Positions 27,078 through 36,037 of a stretch of DNA of 64,000 bases are shown here, in pieces. The position numbers and the translations under genes were made by a program. Numbering within the stretch: the first letter of the stretch is position 1; each line of letters begins with the position of its first letter. Source of the stretch: Bacteroidales bacterium (GTDB lineage Bacteria > Bacteroidota > Bacteroidia > Bacteroidales > WCHB1-69); NCBI GenBank assembly GCA_016285085.1, contig JAEEQA010000006.1, forward strand, positions 3,412 through 67,411, written 5' to 3'. The notes beneath the pieces were generated by a model, which saw only the letters and a list, made by a program, of their open reading frames with translations, did not search any database and was not told where the DNA came from.

Positions 27078-27109
27078 TTTTAAAATCAACCAATTAAAAA
27101 TAACTAACT

Positions 27110-27946
27110 ATGAAAATTTGTGTTATTGGAACCGGAACCATGGCCAAAGGTATCGTGAAGGCGTTCGCCGCCAAGATGCCCGTGGTTATGAAAAGTAGAA
27201 CCCAAGCCAGCTTGGACAAGGCATTGGCTTCTTTTGCAAAAGGTTATGGCAAATTAGTGGAAAAGGGCAAGATGACCCAGGAGGGTGTTGACGCCATCAT
27301 GGCCAACATCACCACCACCACCGACTACGCCACTTTTGCCGATGCCGACCTCGTGATTGAGGCCGCCGTCGAGGATATGCAGCTGAAGAAAGAGGTTTTC
27401 GGGGAACTTGACAAGATCTGCAAGCCCGAAACCATCTTCGCCACCAACTCCTCCTCCCTCTCCATCACGGAGATCGCTGCCAGCACCAGCCGTCCCACGC
27501 AGTTCATCGGAATGCACTTCTTCAACCCCGCCGACCGCATGGCTCTGGTGGAGGTGATCAAGGGTCAGGTGACCTCCGAGGCGGTATGCAACCAGATTGT
27601 GGAACTCGCCACCTCCATCGGCAAGACGCCCGTGCTCGTGAACGAGGCTCCCGGCTTCGTGGTGAACCGCATCCTCATCCCGATGATTAACGAGGCAGTC
27701 GGCATCCTCGCCGACGGTATCGCCAGCGCCGAAGACATCGACAAGTGCATGATGCTGGGTGCCAACCACCCGATGGGCCCGCTCGCATTGGCCGACCTCA
27801 TCGGCAACGATGTGAACCTCGCCATCATGGAAGTCCTCTACAACGAATTCGGTGATCCGAAGTACCGTCCTCACCCGCTGCTGCGGAAGATGGTCCGCGC
27901 CGGCCTGCTTGGCAGAAAAACCGGTGAAGGTTTCTACAAATATTAA
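27110..27946 (+). CDS. hbd: 3-hydroxybutyryl-CoA dehydrogenase
   Basis: [15 protein letters not shown] ... [15 protein letters not shown] ... [14 protein letters not shown] ... [16 protein letters not shown] ... [16 protein letters not shown]. Confidence 0.9.
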   Translation: MKICVIGTGTMAKGIVKAFAAKMPVVMKSRTQASLDKALASFAKGYGKLVEKGKMTQEGVDAIMANITTTTDYATFADADLVIEAAVEDMQLKKEVFGELDKICKPETIFATNSSSLSITEIAASTSRPTQFIGMHFFNPADRMALVEVIKGQVTSEAVCNQIVELATSIGKTPVLVNEAPGFVVNRILIPMINEAVGILADGIASAEDIDKCMMLGANHPMGPLALADLIGNDVNLAIMEVLYNEFGDPKYRPHPLLRKMVRAGLLGRKTGEGFYKY

Positions 27947-27972
27947 TAAATACGAATGTGAATAGATGAAAA

Positions 27973-28000
27973 AGCGGTGTCGGAAGATGCCGCTTTTTTT
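27973..28000 (+). terminator. Weak rho-independent terminator after hbd
   Basis: AGCGGT-(10 nt)-GCCGCT is followed by T7. Confidence 0.45.
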
Positions 28001-28001
28001 G

Positions 28002-28009
28002 TACTTTTG
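28002..28009 (+). promoter_or_regulatory. Bacteroidota -7 promoter box (TACTTTTG)
   Basis: GTACTTTTGCAC lies 32 nt upstream of the ATG at 28042. Confidence 0.4.
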
Positions 28010-28041
28010 CACCCGTTTTTATTCACTTTAATATCATTTTT

Positions 28042-29175
28042 ATGAAGAAAAGATTTTCCCTGTTAGCCGTTGCACTGACTGCACTGATTCTGTGTCTTTC
28101 CTGCAACAGCAAACCGAAGATTCAAGTGGCAGATGACGAATCCATTGTCTATTTCTGCAAAGATATCACGCCTGAAAACATCCTCAAGTTGTACGAGGCA
28201 CTTGGCGTGAAACAGGAGGGCAATATCGGCCTGAAAGTGCATTTCGGCGAGGAGGGCAACCAGAACTTCCTCAACCCCGAGCTGCTCCGTCCGCTGGTGG
28301 AGAAGGTGCATCCCACCTTTGTGGAGACCAACGTGCTGTATGTTAGCAAGCGCCGTTTCACCGACTCCCACATCGCGCTGGCCAAGGAGCACGGTTTCAC
28401 CTTCGCCCCCATCGACATCCTTGACTCGGAGGACGAACTGGTCTATCCCGCCGAAGGGTTGAAACATTTCGACAAGGTCAAGACGGGCAGCCACTTCGCC
28501 AATTACGATGCCTACATTATCTATTCCCACTTCAAGGGACACGGGTCGGCCGGTTTCGGCGGCGCCATCAAGAACATCGCCATGGGCTTTGCCTCCCCCG
28601 GCGGCAAGATGGCCCAGCACGCGGAAGCGTTCCCGTCGTGCCGCAATGCCAACTCCTGCGTAGGCTGCAACCGCTGTGTGCAGCAGTGCCCCGCCGGTGC
28701 CATCACCATCACCGACGAAGGCCCGGTCATCGATACCAGCAAGTGCATCGGCTGCGCCAAGTGCATCGCCGAGTGCCCGCTCAAAATCTTCAAGCCCGGT
28801 GAAAGCGCCTCTGAAGAGGTCTTCCTCGAACGCCTCGTGGAGTATGCCAAAGTGCTCAGCGAAAAGAAACCGATGGTTTATATCAACGTGATGGACAACA
28901 TCTCCAAAAGCTGCGACTGCTCCGGTAAAGCACCCGCTCCGTTTATGGAGAAGGTGGGTGCCGTCGCTTCCACCGACATCGTCGCCATCGAGATGGCCTG
29001 CCACCAGCTCACCGCTTTGAAATGGGGCTCTGAAGATGCGTTCAAGGACGTGAACGGCATCAGCGGCCTCGGCCAAGTGGAGTACGCCCACAAGCTCGGC
29101 ATGGGCAACAAGAAATTCGTCCTCGTGGACGTTGTCACCGGCGAACGCATCAGTCTCAAAGACGCTGTCAAGTAA
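28042..29175 (+). CDS. DUF362-domain protein with a 2x[4Fe-4S] ferredoxin insert and a lipoprotein-type signal peptide
   Basis: There are two CxxCxxCxxxCP motifs (CVGCNRCVQQCP, CIGCAKCIAECP) in a DUF362-like frame. The N-terminus MKKRFSLLAVALTALILCLSC carries a lipobox. Confidence 0.7.
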   Translation: MKKRFSLLAVALTALILCLSCNSKPKIQVADDESIVYFCKDITPENILKLYEALGVKQEGNIGLKVHFGEEGNQNFLNPELLRPLVEKVHPTFVETNVLYVSKRRFTDSHIALAKEHGFTFAPIDILDSEDELVYPAEGLKHFDKVKTGSHFANYDAYIIYSHFKGHGSAGFGGAIKNIAMGFASPGGKMAQHAEAFPSCRNANSCVGCNRCVQQCPAGAITITDEGPVIDTSKCIGCAKCIAECPLKIFKPGESASEEVFLERLVEYAKVLSEKKPMVYINVMDNISKSCDCSGKAPAPFMEKVGAVASTDIVAIEMACHQLTALKWGSEDAFKDVNGISGLGQVEYAHKLGMGNKKFVLVDVVTGERISLKDAVK

Positions 29176-29177
29176 TT

Positions 29178-29227
29178 TTTTTCTACTACCCCGGCCTGCG
29201 GCCACCCCTTCTACATAGAAGGGGAAT
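29178..29227. repeat. 50-bp intergenic element, copy B (49/50 identical to 19298..19347)
   Basis: The sequence is TTTTTCTACTACCCCGGCCTGCGGCCACCCCTTCTACATAGAAGGGGAAT. It begins 3 nt after the DUF362 gene stop. Confidence 0.9.
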
Positions 29228-29236
29228 CCCATTCCG

Positions 29237-29340
29237 AACACTCACACCATCTACCTCTTACCTTATACTTCATACCTCCTACCTTCTACCCTAAATACTA
29301 ATTACTAACTACTAACTACTAACCCCTATCCCCTAAAAAT
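29237..29340. repeat. 104-nt G-free tract with 7-nt periodicity (about 14 degenerate heptamers)
   Basis: The heptamers are CTCACAC CATCTAC CTCTTAC CTTATAC TTCATAC CTCCTAC CTTCTAC CCTAAAT ACTAATT ACTAACT ACTAACT ACTAACC CCTATCC CCTAAAA. The tract ends at the recF ATG. Confidence 0.85.
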
Positions 29341-30433
29341 GTACCTCAAGTCGTTACAGTTGGTCAATTTCAAGAGTTATGCCGAAGGCAGTTTTGAGTT
29401 TTCGGACAAGGTGAATGCTGTGGTGGGGGCCAACGGGAGCGGAAAGACCAATCTGCTGGATGCCATCCACTATATGTCATTGTGCAAGAGTTACTTTCTC
29501 TCGCAGGATGGGTATGCGGTCCGTTTCGGGGAGGAGGCTTTCGCCATCCACGGGGAGTTCCACGGTTTTGACGACGACCGAAGCCGCAAGGTAAGCTGTG
29601 TCTATCGGCAGGGCGGACGGAAGACCGTGAAATTCAACGGCAAGGAGTACGAGCGACTGAGCGACCACATCGGGCAGTTCCCGCTGATCATGGTCGCGCC
29701 TTACGACAACGACATCATCCACGAAGGGTCGGAGGTGCGGCGCCGTTTCTTCGACATGATCATCTCGCAGTTCGACCGCGAGTATCTGCACGACCTGATT
29801 TCGTACCAGAAAGTGTTGGGACAACGGAACATCCTTTTGAAGCAGTCGTGGGAGAACGGGCACCTCGATGCGGCTCTGATGCAGATCTACAACGACCAGC
29901 TCGTGCCGTATGCGGAGGCGGTCTATGAAAAGCGGCGCCGGTTCGTCGAGACCATCATCCCCGTCTTCCAGAAGTATTACGACTACCTTTCGGAAAGCCG
30001 CGAGAAAGTGGCGGTCCATTACCTGTCCGCATTGGAAAACGGCGGTTTTGCCGAACTTCTGCTCCGGAATGCCGAGGCCGACTTCCGGGCCGGCCACACC
30101 ACGGCGGGCATCCACAAGGACGACTACGACTTCCTGATGGACGGGCGGTCGGTAAAGCGGTTCAGTTCGCAGGGACAGCAGAAATCCTTCGCCCTCGCCC
30201 TCAAACTGTCGCAGTTCGACTACATATATAATATGAAACGGGTGAAACCCATCCTGCTGTTGGATGACATTTTCGACAAGCTGGACGAATCACGCATCTC
30301 ACAGTTGCTGAATCTTGTTGGCAACGAGCACTTTGGACAGGTTTTCCTGTCGGATACGGACGAGGAACGGATCGTACGGATATTGAACCGGCACGGGATT
30401 TCGCACAAGATTTTCAGGGTGGAAAAAGAGTAG
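29339..30433 (+). CDS. recF: DNA replication and repair protein RecF
   Basis: LKSLQLVNFKSY ... VVGANGSGKTNLLDAIHYMS (Walker A) ... SQGQQKSFALALKLSQF ... ILLLDDIFDKLD (Walker B). Confidence 0.92.
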   Translation: MYLKSLQLVNFKSYAEGSFEFSDKVNAVVGANGSGKTNLLDAIHYMSLCKSYFLSQDGYAVRFGEEAFAIHGEFHGFDDDRSRKVSCVYRQGGRKTVKFNGKEYERLSDHIGQFPLIMVAPYDNDIIHEGSEVRRRFFDMIISQFDREYLHDLISYQKVLGQRNILLKQSWENGHLDAALMQIYNDQLVPYAEAVYEKRRRFVETIIPVFQKYYDYLSESREKVAVHYLSALENGGFAELLLRNAEADFRAGHTTAGIHKDDYDFLMDGRSVKRFSSQGQQKSFALALKLSQFDYIYNMKRVKPILLLDDIFDKLDESRISQLLNLVGNEHFGQVFLSDTDEERIVRILNRHGISHKIFRVEKE

Positions 30434-30620
30434 TTTTGCGGGTCGGAAGGCTGAAATCTTGCCAAAGAGGGCTGTTTTGCACAAGGAATCTCCTTTTCAG
30501 GCATCCCCCAAAGTTTGAAACCTTAAAAAAAATTAAAAAATAATTCGTTGTATATCAAAAGTATATGTGCAGAAATAGCATAAAAGGGAAAAGACGGGGT
30601 GTTTGAATGAAAAAATGTCG

Positions 30621-30628
30621 TATTTTTG
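30621..30628 (+). promoter_or_regulatory. Bacteroidota -7 promoter box (TATTTTTG) for acpP-fabF-rnc
   Basis: TCGTATTTTTGCAC lies 23 nt upstream of the ATG at 30652. Confidence 0.45.
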
Positions 30629-30651
30629 CACGTTTTTTAAAATCAGAAATT

Positions 30652-30888
30652 ATGGCAGAAATTATTGACGAAGTAAAAGAAATCATTGCTGAAAGATTAA
30701 GCTACGACAAGGACAAAATCAACGAACAGACCAGTTTTACTGAAGATCTTGGCGCCGATTCCTTGGATCTCGTTGAACTGATCATGGAACTTGAGAAGAA
30801 GTTTGACATCACGATACCCGAAGACGCTTCCGAGAACATCCACACCGTCGGCGACGTGGTGAAATACATCCAGGAGCACAAGAAATAA
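30652..30888 (+). CDS. acpP: Acyl carrier protein
   Basis: FTEDLGADSLDLVELIMELEKKFDI.IPED; 78 aa. The internal ATG at 30652 is preferred because the promoter box lies inside the longer track ORF. Confidence 0.93.
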   Translation: MAEIIDEVKEIIAERLSYDKDKINEQTSFTEDLGADSLDLVELIMELEKKFDITIPEDASENIHTVGDVVKYIQEHKK

Positions 30889-30909
30889 GGTATCACCAGA
30901 ACTTTTCTG

Positions 30910-32160
30910 ATGGAATTAAAACGAGTTGTCGTTACCGGTTTAGGTGCCTTAACTCCGCTTGGTAACAATGTCCCTGATTTTTGGCAGGGCCTGATTGCCG
31001 GAAAAAACGGGGTTGGTTTGATAACCCATTTTAATACAGAAAATTACAAAACGAAATTTGCCTGTGAGTTAAAGGATTTCAATATCCTTGACTATATGGA
31101 AGAAAAAGATGCGCGCAAGTTGGATCCTTGCGCGCATTATGCATACGCGGCAGGCGTTGAGGCCTTTCGTGATTCGGGCATCGACATGAGTGTCGAGAAC
31201 CGTGACCGTGCCGGCGTGATTGTCGCTTCCGGTATTGGCGGCATCCAAAGTGCACAGGACGGCATTTCGGAATTCGCGGTGAGCGGGGGAAATCCCCGTT
31301 TCAGCCCTTTTTTTATCTTGAGGGCCCTTGTCAACATGCCTCCCGCCATTCTTTCCATCCGTATGGGCTTGCAGGGGCCGAACTACGCCCTATCTTCAGC
31401 GTGTGCCTCCGCTGCCAACGCCATCGTGGACGCCACCCATCTCATCCGTCTCGGCAAAGCCGATTTCATGCTCACGGGAGGAACAGAGGCAGCCATCTTG
31501 GAAAGCGGTATCGGCGGCTTTAATGCCATGCGCGCCCTCTCCACCCGCAACAACGATTTCCAGACCGCATCACGCCCGCTTTCTGCAGGACGCGACGGAT
31601 TCGTGATGGGCGAAGGGGCCGGCATCCTCGTCCTGGAAGAGCTGGAACACGCCCTCGCACGCGGTGCAAAAATCTACGGTGAAATCACCGGTGACGGCCT
31701 TTCCGCAGATGCCTACCACATCACCTCGCCCCACCCCGACGGGCATGGCGCGGCCATTGCCATGCAGAATGCCATCGCTGACGCAGGCCTCCGTCCCGAA
31801 GACATCGACTACATCAACATGCACGCCACCTCCACCCAAATGGGCGACCGCGTGGAGTGCCTCGCCATCCAGAAGGTGTTCGGCAGCCACGCCGACAAGA
31901 TGTCCTTCTCCTCCACAAAGTCGATGACAGGGCACCTGCTCGGTGCGTGCGGCGCCGTCGAATCCATTGCCGTCGTGCTTTCCCTGCAAAACGGCATCCT
32001 GCCCCCCACCATCAATTTCATTGAAAAAGACCCGGAAATCCCCGACTGGGACTTCTGTGCCAACAAGGCGGTCCGCCGCGACATCCGCTATGCGATCAAC
32101 AACGCCTTCGGCTTCGGCGGACACAACGTATCCATCCTCTTTAAAAAGTTCGGAGATTAA
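30910..32160 (+). CDS. fabF: Beta-ketoacyl-ACP synthase II
   Basis: RVVVTGLGALTPLGN ... SSACASAANAI (active-site Cys) ... NMHATSTQMGD ... STKSMTGHLLGA.GAVE ... NAFGFGGHN. Confidence 0.95.
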   Translation: MELKRVVVTGLGALTPLGNNVPDFWQGLIAGKNGVGLITHFNTENYKTKFACELKDFNILDYMEEKDARKLDPCAHYAYAAGVEAFRDSGIDMSVENRDRAGVIVASGIGGIQSAQDGISEFAVSGGNPRFSPFFILRALVNMPPAILSIRMGLQGPNYALSSACASAANAIVDATHLIRLGKADFMLTGGTEAAILESGIGGFNAMRALSTRNNDFQTASRPLSAGRDGFVMGEGAGILVLEELEHALARGAKIYGEITGDGLSADAYHITSPHPDGHGAAIAMQNAIADAGLRPEDIDYINMHATSTQMGDRVECLAIQKVFGSHADKMSFSSTKSMTGHLLGACGAVESIAVVLSLQNGILPPTINFIEKDPEIPDWDFCANKAVRRDIRYAINNAFGFGGHNVSILFKKFGD

Positions 32161-32164
32161 CAGC

Positions 32165-32902
32165 TTGTTACTGCGGCGCAAAAAAACGGAACCGTCAAGA
32201 GAACAGCAGGTGGCAAAATACCTGCGGTCCGTTTTGCATACGCGGATTAACAACATTTCCCTTTATATGACGGCCCTTATCCACCGCTCCGCCTCCGAAG
32301 CAATGGCCGATGGACATTCTCTCAACGACGAACGCCTTGAGTATCTGGGCGATGCTGTCCTTGACACCGTGGTTGCTGAATATCTGTTCAAGAAATTTCC
32401 CTTCAAAAGGGAGGGAGAGTTGACAGAGATGCGGTCAAAGTTGGTGAAGCGCGAACAGCTGGGCCAACTGGCACGGCGGATGCACCTCACCGACCTTATC
32501 GAGATACTCCCGACCGCCCACGCCAAATGCGCCGGCGGCGACGCTTTCGAAGCCCTCATCGGGGCACTGTTCCTTGACAAAGGGTACGAAAAGACCAAAC
32601 AGATAGTCCTCCACCGCATCTTCACCGACTTCATGGACATTGAAACAGTGCTGAACGAGGAATCCAATTTCAAGAGCAAGATATTGAACTGGGCGCAACA
32701 CCAGCATCGCAAGGTGGAGTTCCGGCACGACATCGCGGAACAGAACCGTCGGCAACGGCTCTACCGGGTACAGCTCCTGATTGACGGCGAAGTGTTTGCC
32801 GAAGGGCTGGAGTACACAGTGAAAAAGGCGGAGCAGATTGCCGCCGAACGCGCCGTTTCCAAAATTCCTGAATTCCATGAGAAAGAGAACGAGAAACAAT
32901 AA
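32165..32902 (+). CDS. rnc: Ribonuclease III
   Basis: NDERLEYLGDAVLD ... GDAFEALIGALFLD plus a C-terminal dsRBD. The start is uncertain: TTG at 32165 is proposed, and the first ATG (32267) would leave only about 4 residues before the conserved LIHRSAS segment. Confidence 0.8.
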   Translation: MLLRRKKTEPSREQQVAKYLRSVLHTRINNISLYMTALIHRSASEAMADGHSLNDERLEYLGDAVLDTVVAEYLFKKFPFKREGELTEMRSKLVKREQLGQLARRMHLTDLIEILPTAHAKCAGGDAFEALIGALFLDKGYEKTKQIVLHRIFTDFMDIETVLNEESNFKSKILNWAQHQHRKVEFRHDIAEQNRRQRLYRVQLLIDGEVFAEGLEYTVKKAEQIAAERAVSKIPEFHEKENEKQ

Positions 32903-32923
32903 CCCATTATATCACAAAGCATT

Positions 32924-33313
32924 ATGAAAAGACTGTTTTCCATGTTATTACTGGCGGCCGCAATATGCCTGTTTGCTGCCTGCACGCCCCAAAGCTCGCC
33001 CCGCCAGCTGGCCAAGACCTTCTGGACAGACGTGCAGCAGGAGAAGTACTCAGAAGCAGTAAGCCTCTATTACAACATTGACGAATTCATTTCGGAAGAT
33101 GGAAAAGAGGCTCTGGTTGCCCTGATGAAGGTGGACGCAGCCCTCTACGGGAAAATTACAAAAGTGAAAGTCCTTTCGGTGGACAAGTCCGACGAACCGG
33201 ACCGTGCGGTGGTCACCGTGGAACTCACGACGGAGAACCGGCCACAACCCCGTGTCGAAACCATGGATGTAGTGAAGTCGAACGGAAAATGGTACATTGA
33301 TTTCAACATATAA
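32924..33313 (+). CDS. Small lipoprotein (DUF4878-like)
   Basis: The lipobox is MKRLFSMLLLAAAICLFAAC. It is 129 aa and ends NGKWYIDF. Confidence 0.6.
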   Translation: MKRLFSMLLLAAAICLFAACTPQSSPRQLAKTFWTDVQQEKYSEAVSLYYNIDEFISEDGKEALVALMKVDAALYGKITKVKVLSVDKSDEPDRAVVTVELTTENRPQPRVETMDVVKSNGKWYIDFNI

Positions 33314-33347
33314 AAAAAGAGGCATTTTTCAATGCCTCCTTTTTTTT
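33312..33347. terminator. Bidirectional rho-independent terminator
   Basis: A7-GAGGCATT-TTTC-AATGCCTC-CT8 lies between the convergent stops at 33313 (+) and 33363 (-). Confidence 0.8.
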
Positions 33348-33362
33348 CTGTGCTTCTACAGA

Positions 33363-33533
33363 TTACTCATCCAGGGCGATAGCTTCGCAGGGGCATGCGC
33401 TGGCGCAAGCACCACACTCGATGCATTCATCGGGATTGATTTTGTAGATGTCGCCTTCGGAGATTGCTCCGACGGGGCACTGATCCATGCAAGTACCGCA
33501 AGCAGCACATTTGTCAGAAATTTTGTAAGCCAT
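33363..33533 (-). CDS. 2x[4Fe-4S] clostridial-type ferredoxin (56 aa; below the size cut-off of the supplied ORF track)
   Basis: My own minus-strand translation is MAYKISDKCAACGTCMDQCPVGAISEGDIYKINPDECIECGACASACPCEAIALDE, with two CxxCxxCxxxCP motifs. Confidence 0.88.
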   Translation of the reverse strand: MAYKISDKCAACGTCMDQCPVGAISEGDIYKINPDECIECGACASACPCEAIALDE

Positions 33534-33567
33534 AGTTGATGTTTTTTGGTTGTTTATAAACTGGCGG

Positions 33568-33575
33568 CAAAAATA
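33568..33575 (-). promoter_or_regulatory. Bacteroidota -7 promoter box (TATTTTTG on the minus strand) for the ferredoxin gene
   Basis: CAAAAATA on the plus strand lies 35 nt upstream of the start at 33533. Confidence 0.45.
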
Positions 33576-33677
33576 CTACATTTTTTAGAATTGGCGCGCA
33601 ACGGCAGAATATTTTTCTCCTCATCGCTTTCCCGATGATTCTCCCGCATTTGCACAGTCCCCTTCCCCACTACATCC

Positions 33678-34649
33678 TCAAAAGAACAGTTCCATCATCT
33701 CCTCCGCCGTCACATTGCGGAAATAATCGTTTATTTCCACCGACTGGAGAATCCGACGGATGTTTTCCGGCTCGTACTTTTGATTTAGGAAAAGTTCTTC
33801 AAAACCAGCGGGATCTTTTTGGGCGAAGAAATCACCGTAGAACTTGATGGCGGTAATCAGGCCCTTTTCCACATCGAGGTTCAACTCCACATTGCCGCCG
33901 CCGGTCCGCAGCTGCTTGGTGTAACCGAACTTGGGCGACGTGCCGAAGTTCCAGTCCCACGTGCTGTACTTCTCGTCCCGCAACCTGCTGATTTCCTGAA
34001 TGTCGTGTTCGGAAAGCTCGTACGGGACCGCATTTTCGGAATAACTGCTGACATTCCTCATCACCACCTCAATGAAGTCGGTCACGCTCATCGGGGTCGG
34101 AAGATGCTCGCTGATGTTGGTCACGCGCTTGCGCACTGACTTGACAGCCTTGTCCTTGAACTTCAGCGGGTTCACCTTCAACGCCGCCGTGAGGTCGTCC
34201 ATTTCGGAAGCAAACAGCAGCGTGCCGTGGTGCAGAATCCGGTCACGATAGACACACTGCGCCGTTCCCGAAAACTTCATTCCGTTGATGGTCAAGTCAT
34301 TGCGCCCCTCGAATTTGGCCGGAACGCCCATCTCGTTCAGCACCCGCAGAATCGGTTCCGAAAAGGTGCGGAAATCGCCCGAACCTTTGGAGCCGATGAA
34401 GGTGTAGTTCACGTTCCCCAGGTCGTGGAAAACCGCTCCCCCACCCGTCTGCCGACGCACCACCTTGATGCCGTGCTCCTTCACATAGTCGATGTTGATT
34501 TCCGCCGCCGAGTTCTGGTACTTGCCCACAATCACCGCCTTGTCGTTGCGCCAAAGCATGAAAACATCATCGTCGAAATGCTTCAGCAAATACTCTTCGG
34601 AAGCCAAGTTAAAGTAAGCATCTGTAACGGGATTATAAATACATTTCAT
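33678..34649 (-). CDS. lplA: Lipoate-protein ligase A
   Basis: NLASEEYLLK ... VIVGKYQNSAAEINIDYVKEHGIKVVRRQTGGGAVFHDLGNVNY ... GRNDLTINGMKFSGTAQ. Confidence 0.9.
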   Translation of the reverse strand: MKCIYNPVTDAYFNLASEEYLLKHFDDDVFMLWRNDKAVIVGKYQNSAAEINIDYVKEHGIKVVRRQTGGGAVFHDLGNVNYTFIGSKGSGDFRTFSEPILRVLNEMGVPAKFEGRNDLTINGMKFSGTAQCVYRDRILHHGTLLFASEMDDLTAALKVNPLKFKDKAVKSVRKRVTNISEHLPTPMSVTDFIEVVMRNVSSYSENAVPYELSEHDIQEISRLRDEKYSTWDWNFGTSPKFGYTKQLRTGGGNVELNLDVEKGLITAIKFYGDFFAQKDPAGFEELFLNQKYEPENIRRILQSVEINDYFRNVTAEEMMELFF

Positions 34650-34651
34650 TG

Positions 34652-36031
34652 TTAATCAATACTTTTTAAAATATTAGCGCGAAGTGATTTCAGTCGGGCA
34701 AGGGTCAGGTTACCCGTCCGTTCGTAACGACGGAAGCGGCAGAGACTCAAGAACTTGATGAAGGCCCGTTTCCACCTGTACTGGAACGGCATCAGCAGGG
34801 CCGACAGCAGCACATAGATCAGCGCCACCCACCAGTTGGCCGCACACAACACAATGACAAACAGTGCGATATAGCACAGCGGGAACATCACCACAGAACT
34901 GAAAACGAAGCGGATGGAGGAACTGAAGAACGGGTCCTTCAAATTCCGCGTCAGCAGGTAGGAGGTGTTGAACGGGATGAAGTTGTTGATGAAGCCGAAC
35001 AGGAACAGCGGCAGCGAGATCAGCAGCAGCAAACCGCGGAGCAGGATGTTGCTGAAGGCGACGGGGTTCTCGAGCTCCCAGTCGCGCAGCCGCAGCCGTT
35101 CGAGGCTGGTGCGGTATTCCGCCACATTCTCCATCAACTGGGCGAAACGGGGCGTGTCCGTCTCACGGAGGCGGTCCGCCGCGGCCACCACCTCCCTGTC
35201 GGACAGCAGTGCCGAATAGGGCCGTTTCGGGTTCCAGTCGGGCGTGTCCGTCGGGCTCTGGAAATGGCGGGCGATGGTGCGTGCGCGGGCCATCGTCATC
35301 AGCATATCGTACTGGGCGTAATGTTCGTGGTCGGTAACATCCACACCCATCGAGCGGACGGCCTCCCGCGCCTTCGCATTGAGGGAGAGGTAGGCATTGT
35401 TCGGCTCCGTTTTATACAGCTCGTAAAACTCGTTGAAGGCAAAGGGTTCACCGATGACAATCACCTGCTTGGCACCCATGTTGAAGTACTCCGTGTAGTA
35501 GATATACATCGGAAGTATCTTGAAATCAAGGCTGTAATCGGATATTTCGGCGGCGCGGAAGGCAATGCGGGGGAATCCTTTCTTGAACGTGGCGAAATAT
35601 TTCCCCTGCTGGTGCCCCGCCTCCGGGAACATCGTGAGCGTGCCTCCCTCGTTGAGGATGCGGGCGGCGAGGTCGAAGGTGGAGAGGTTACTCTTCACAT
35701 CCTCGCGGTCTCCGTCGCGGGTGCGGAACGTGGGCAGTATCTTCAAGAACCGCAACAATTTGGCAATAAAATCATTCTTCTTGAAAATATCCCCGCGGGC
35801 AATGAACACGGGCTGCCGGTGGTCGGGATACATGTAGAGCATCGCCAGCGGGTCCATCACCGCATTGTGGTGATTGGAGATGGCGAAGATGGGGTATTCC
35901 TTCGGCGGCAGGTTCTCCAGTCCAAGAACCTGTATTTCCTTGTAATACACCTTGTTGTGCATCCACCGGAAATAGTTGTTCAGGAATTGGTAGAGCCGGT
36001 CGTAGTCGTTGATATGGTCGAAACTGATCAT
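34652..36031 (-). CDS. PlsC-family (lysophospholipid) acyltransferase with a C-terminal membrane domain
   Basis: The HX4D motif is SNHHNAVMDP, with FPEAGHQ downstream. The C-terminal ~120 aa are hydrophobic helices. Confidence 0.7.
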   Translation of the reverse strand: MISFDHINDYDRLYQFLNNYFRWMHNKVYYKEIQVLGLENLPPKEYPIFAISNHHNAVMDPLAMLYMYPDHRQPVFIARGDIFKKNDFIAKLLRFLKILPTFRTRDGDREDVKSNLSTFDLAARILNEGGTLTMFPEAGHQQGKYFATFKKGFPRIAFRAAEISDYSLDFKILPMYIYYTEYFNMGAKQVIVIGEPFAFNEFYELYKTEPNNAYLSLNAKAREAVRSMGVDVTDHEHYAQYDMLMTMARARTIARHFQSPTDTPDWNPKRPYSALLSDREVVAAADRLRETDTPRFAQLMENVAEYRTSLERLRLRDWELENPVAFSNILLRGLLLLISLPLFLFGFINNFIPFNTSYLLTRNLKDPFFSSSIRFVFSSVVMFPLCYIALFVIVLCAANWWVALIYVLLSALLMPFQYRWKRAFIKFLSLCRFRRYERTGNLTLARLKSLRANILKSID

Positions 36032-36037
36032 TTCGGA

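Noticed and set aside
29322-29340. Telomere-like TTAGGGG ATAGGGG on the minus strand upstream of recF.
   Set aside because: There are only two units and no terminal location. It is better explained as part of the heptad-periodic tract reported as a finding.
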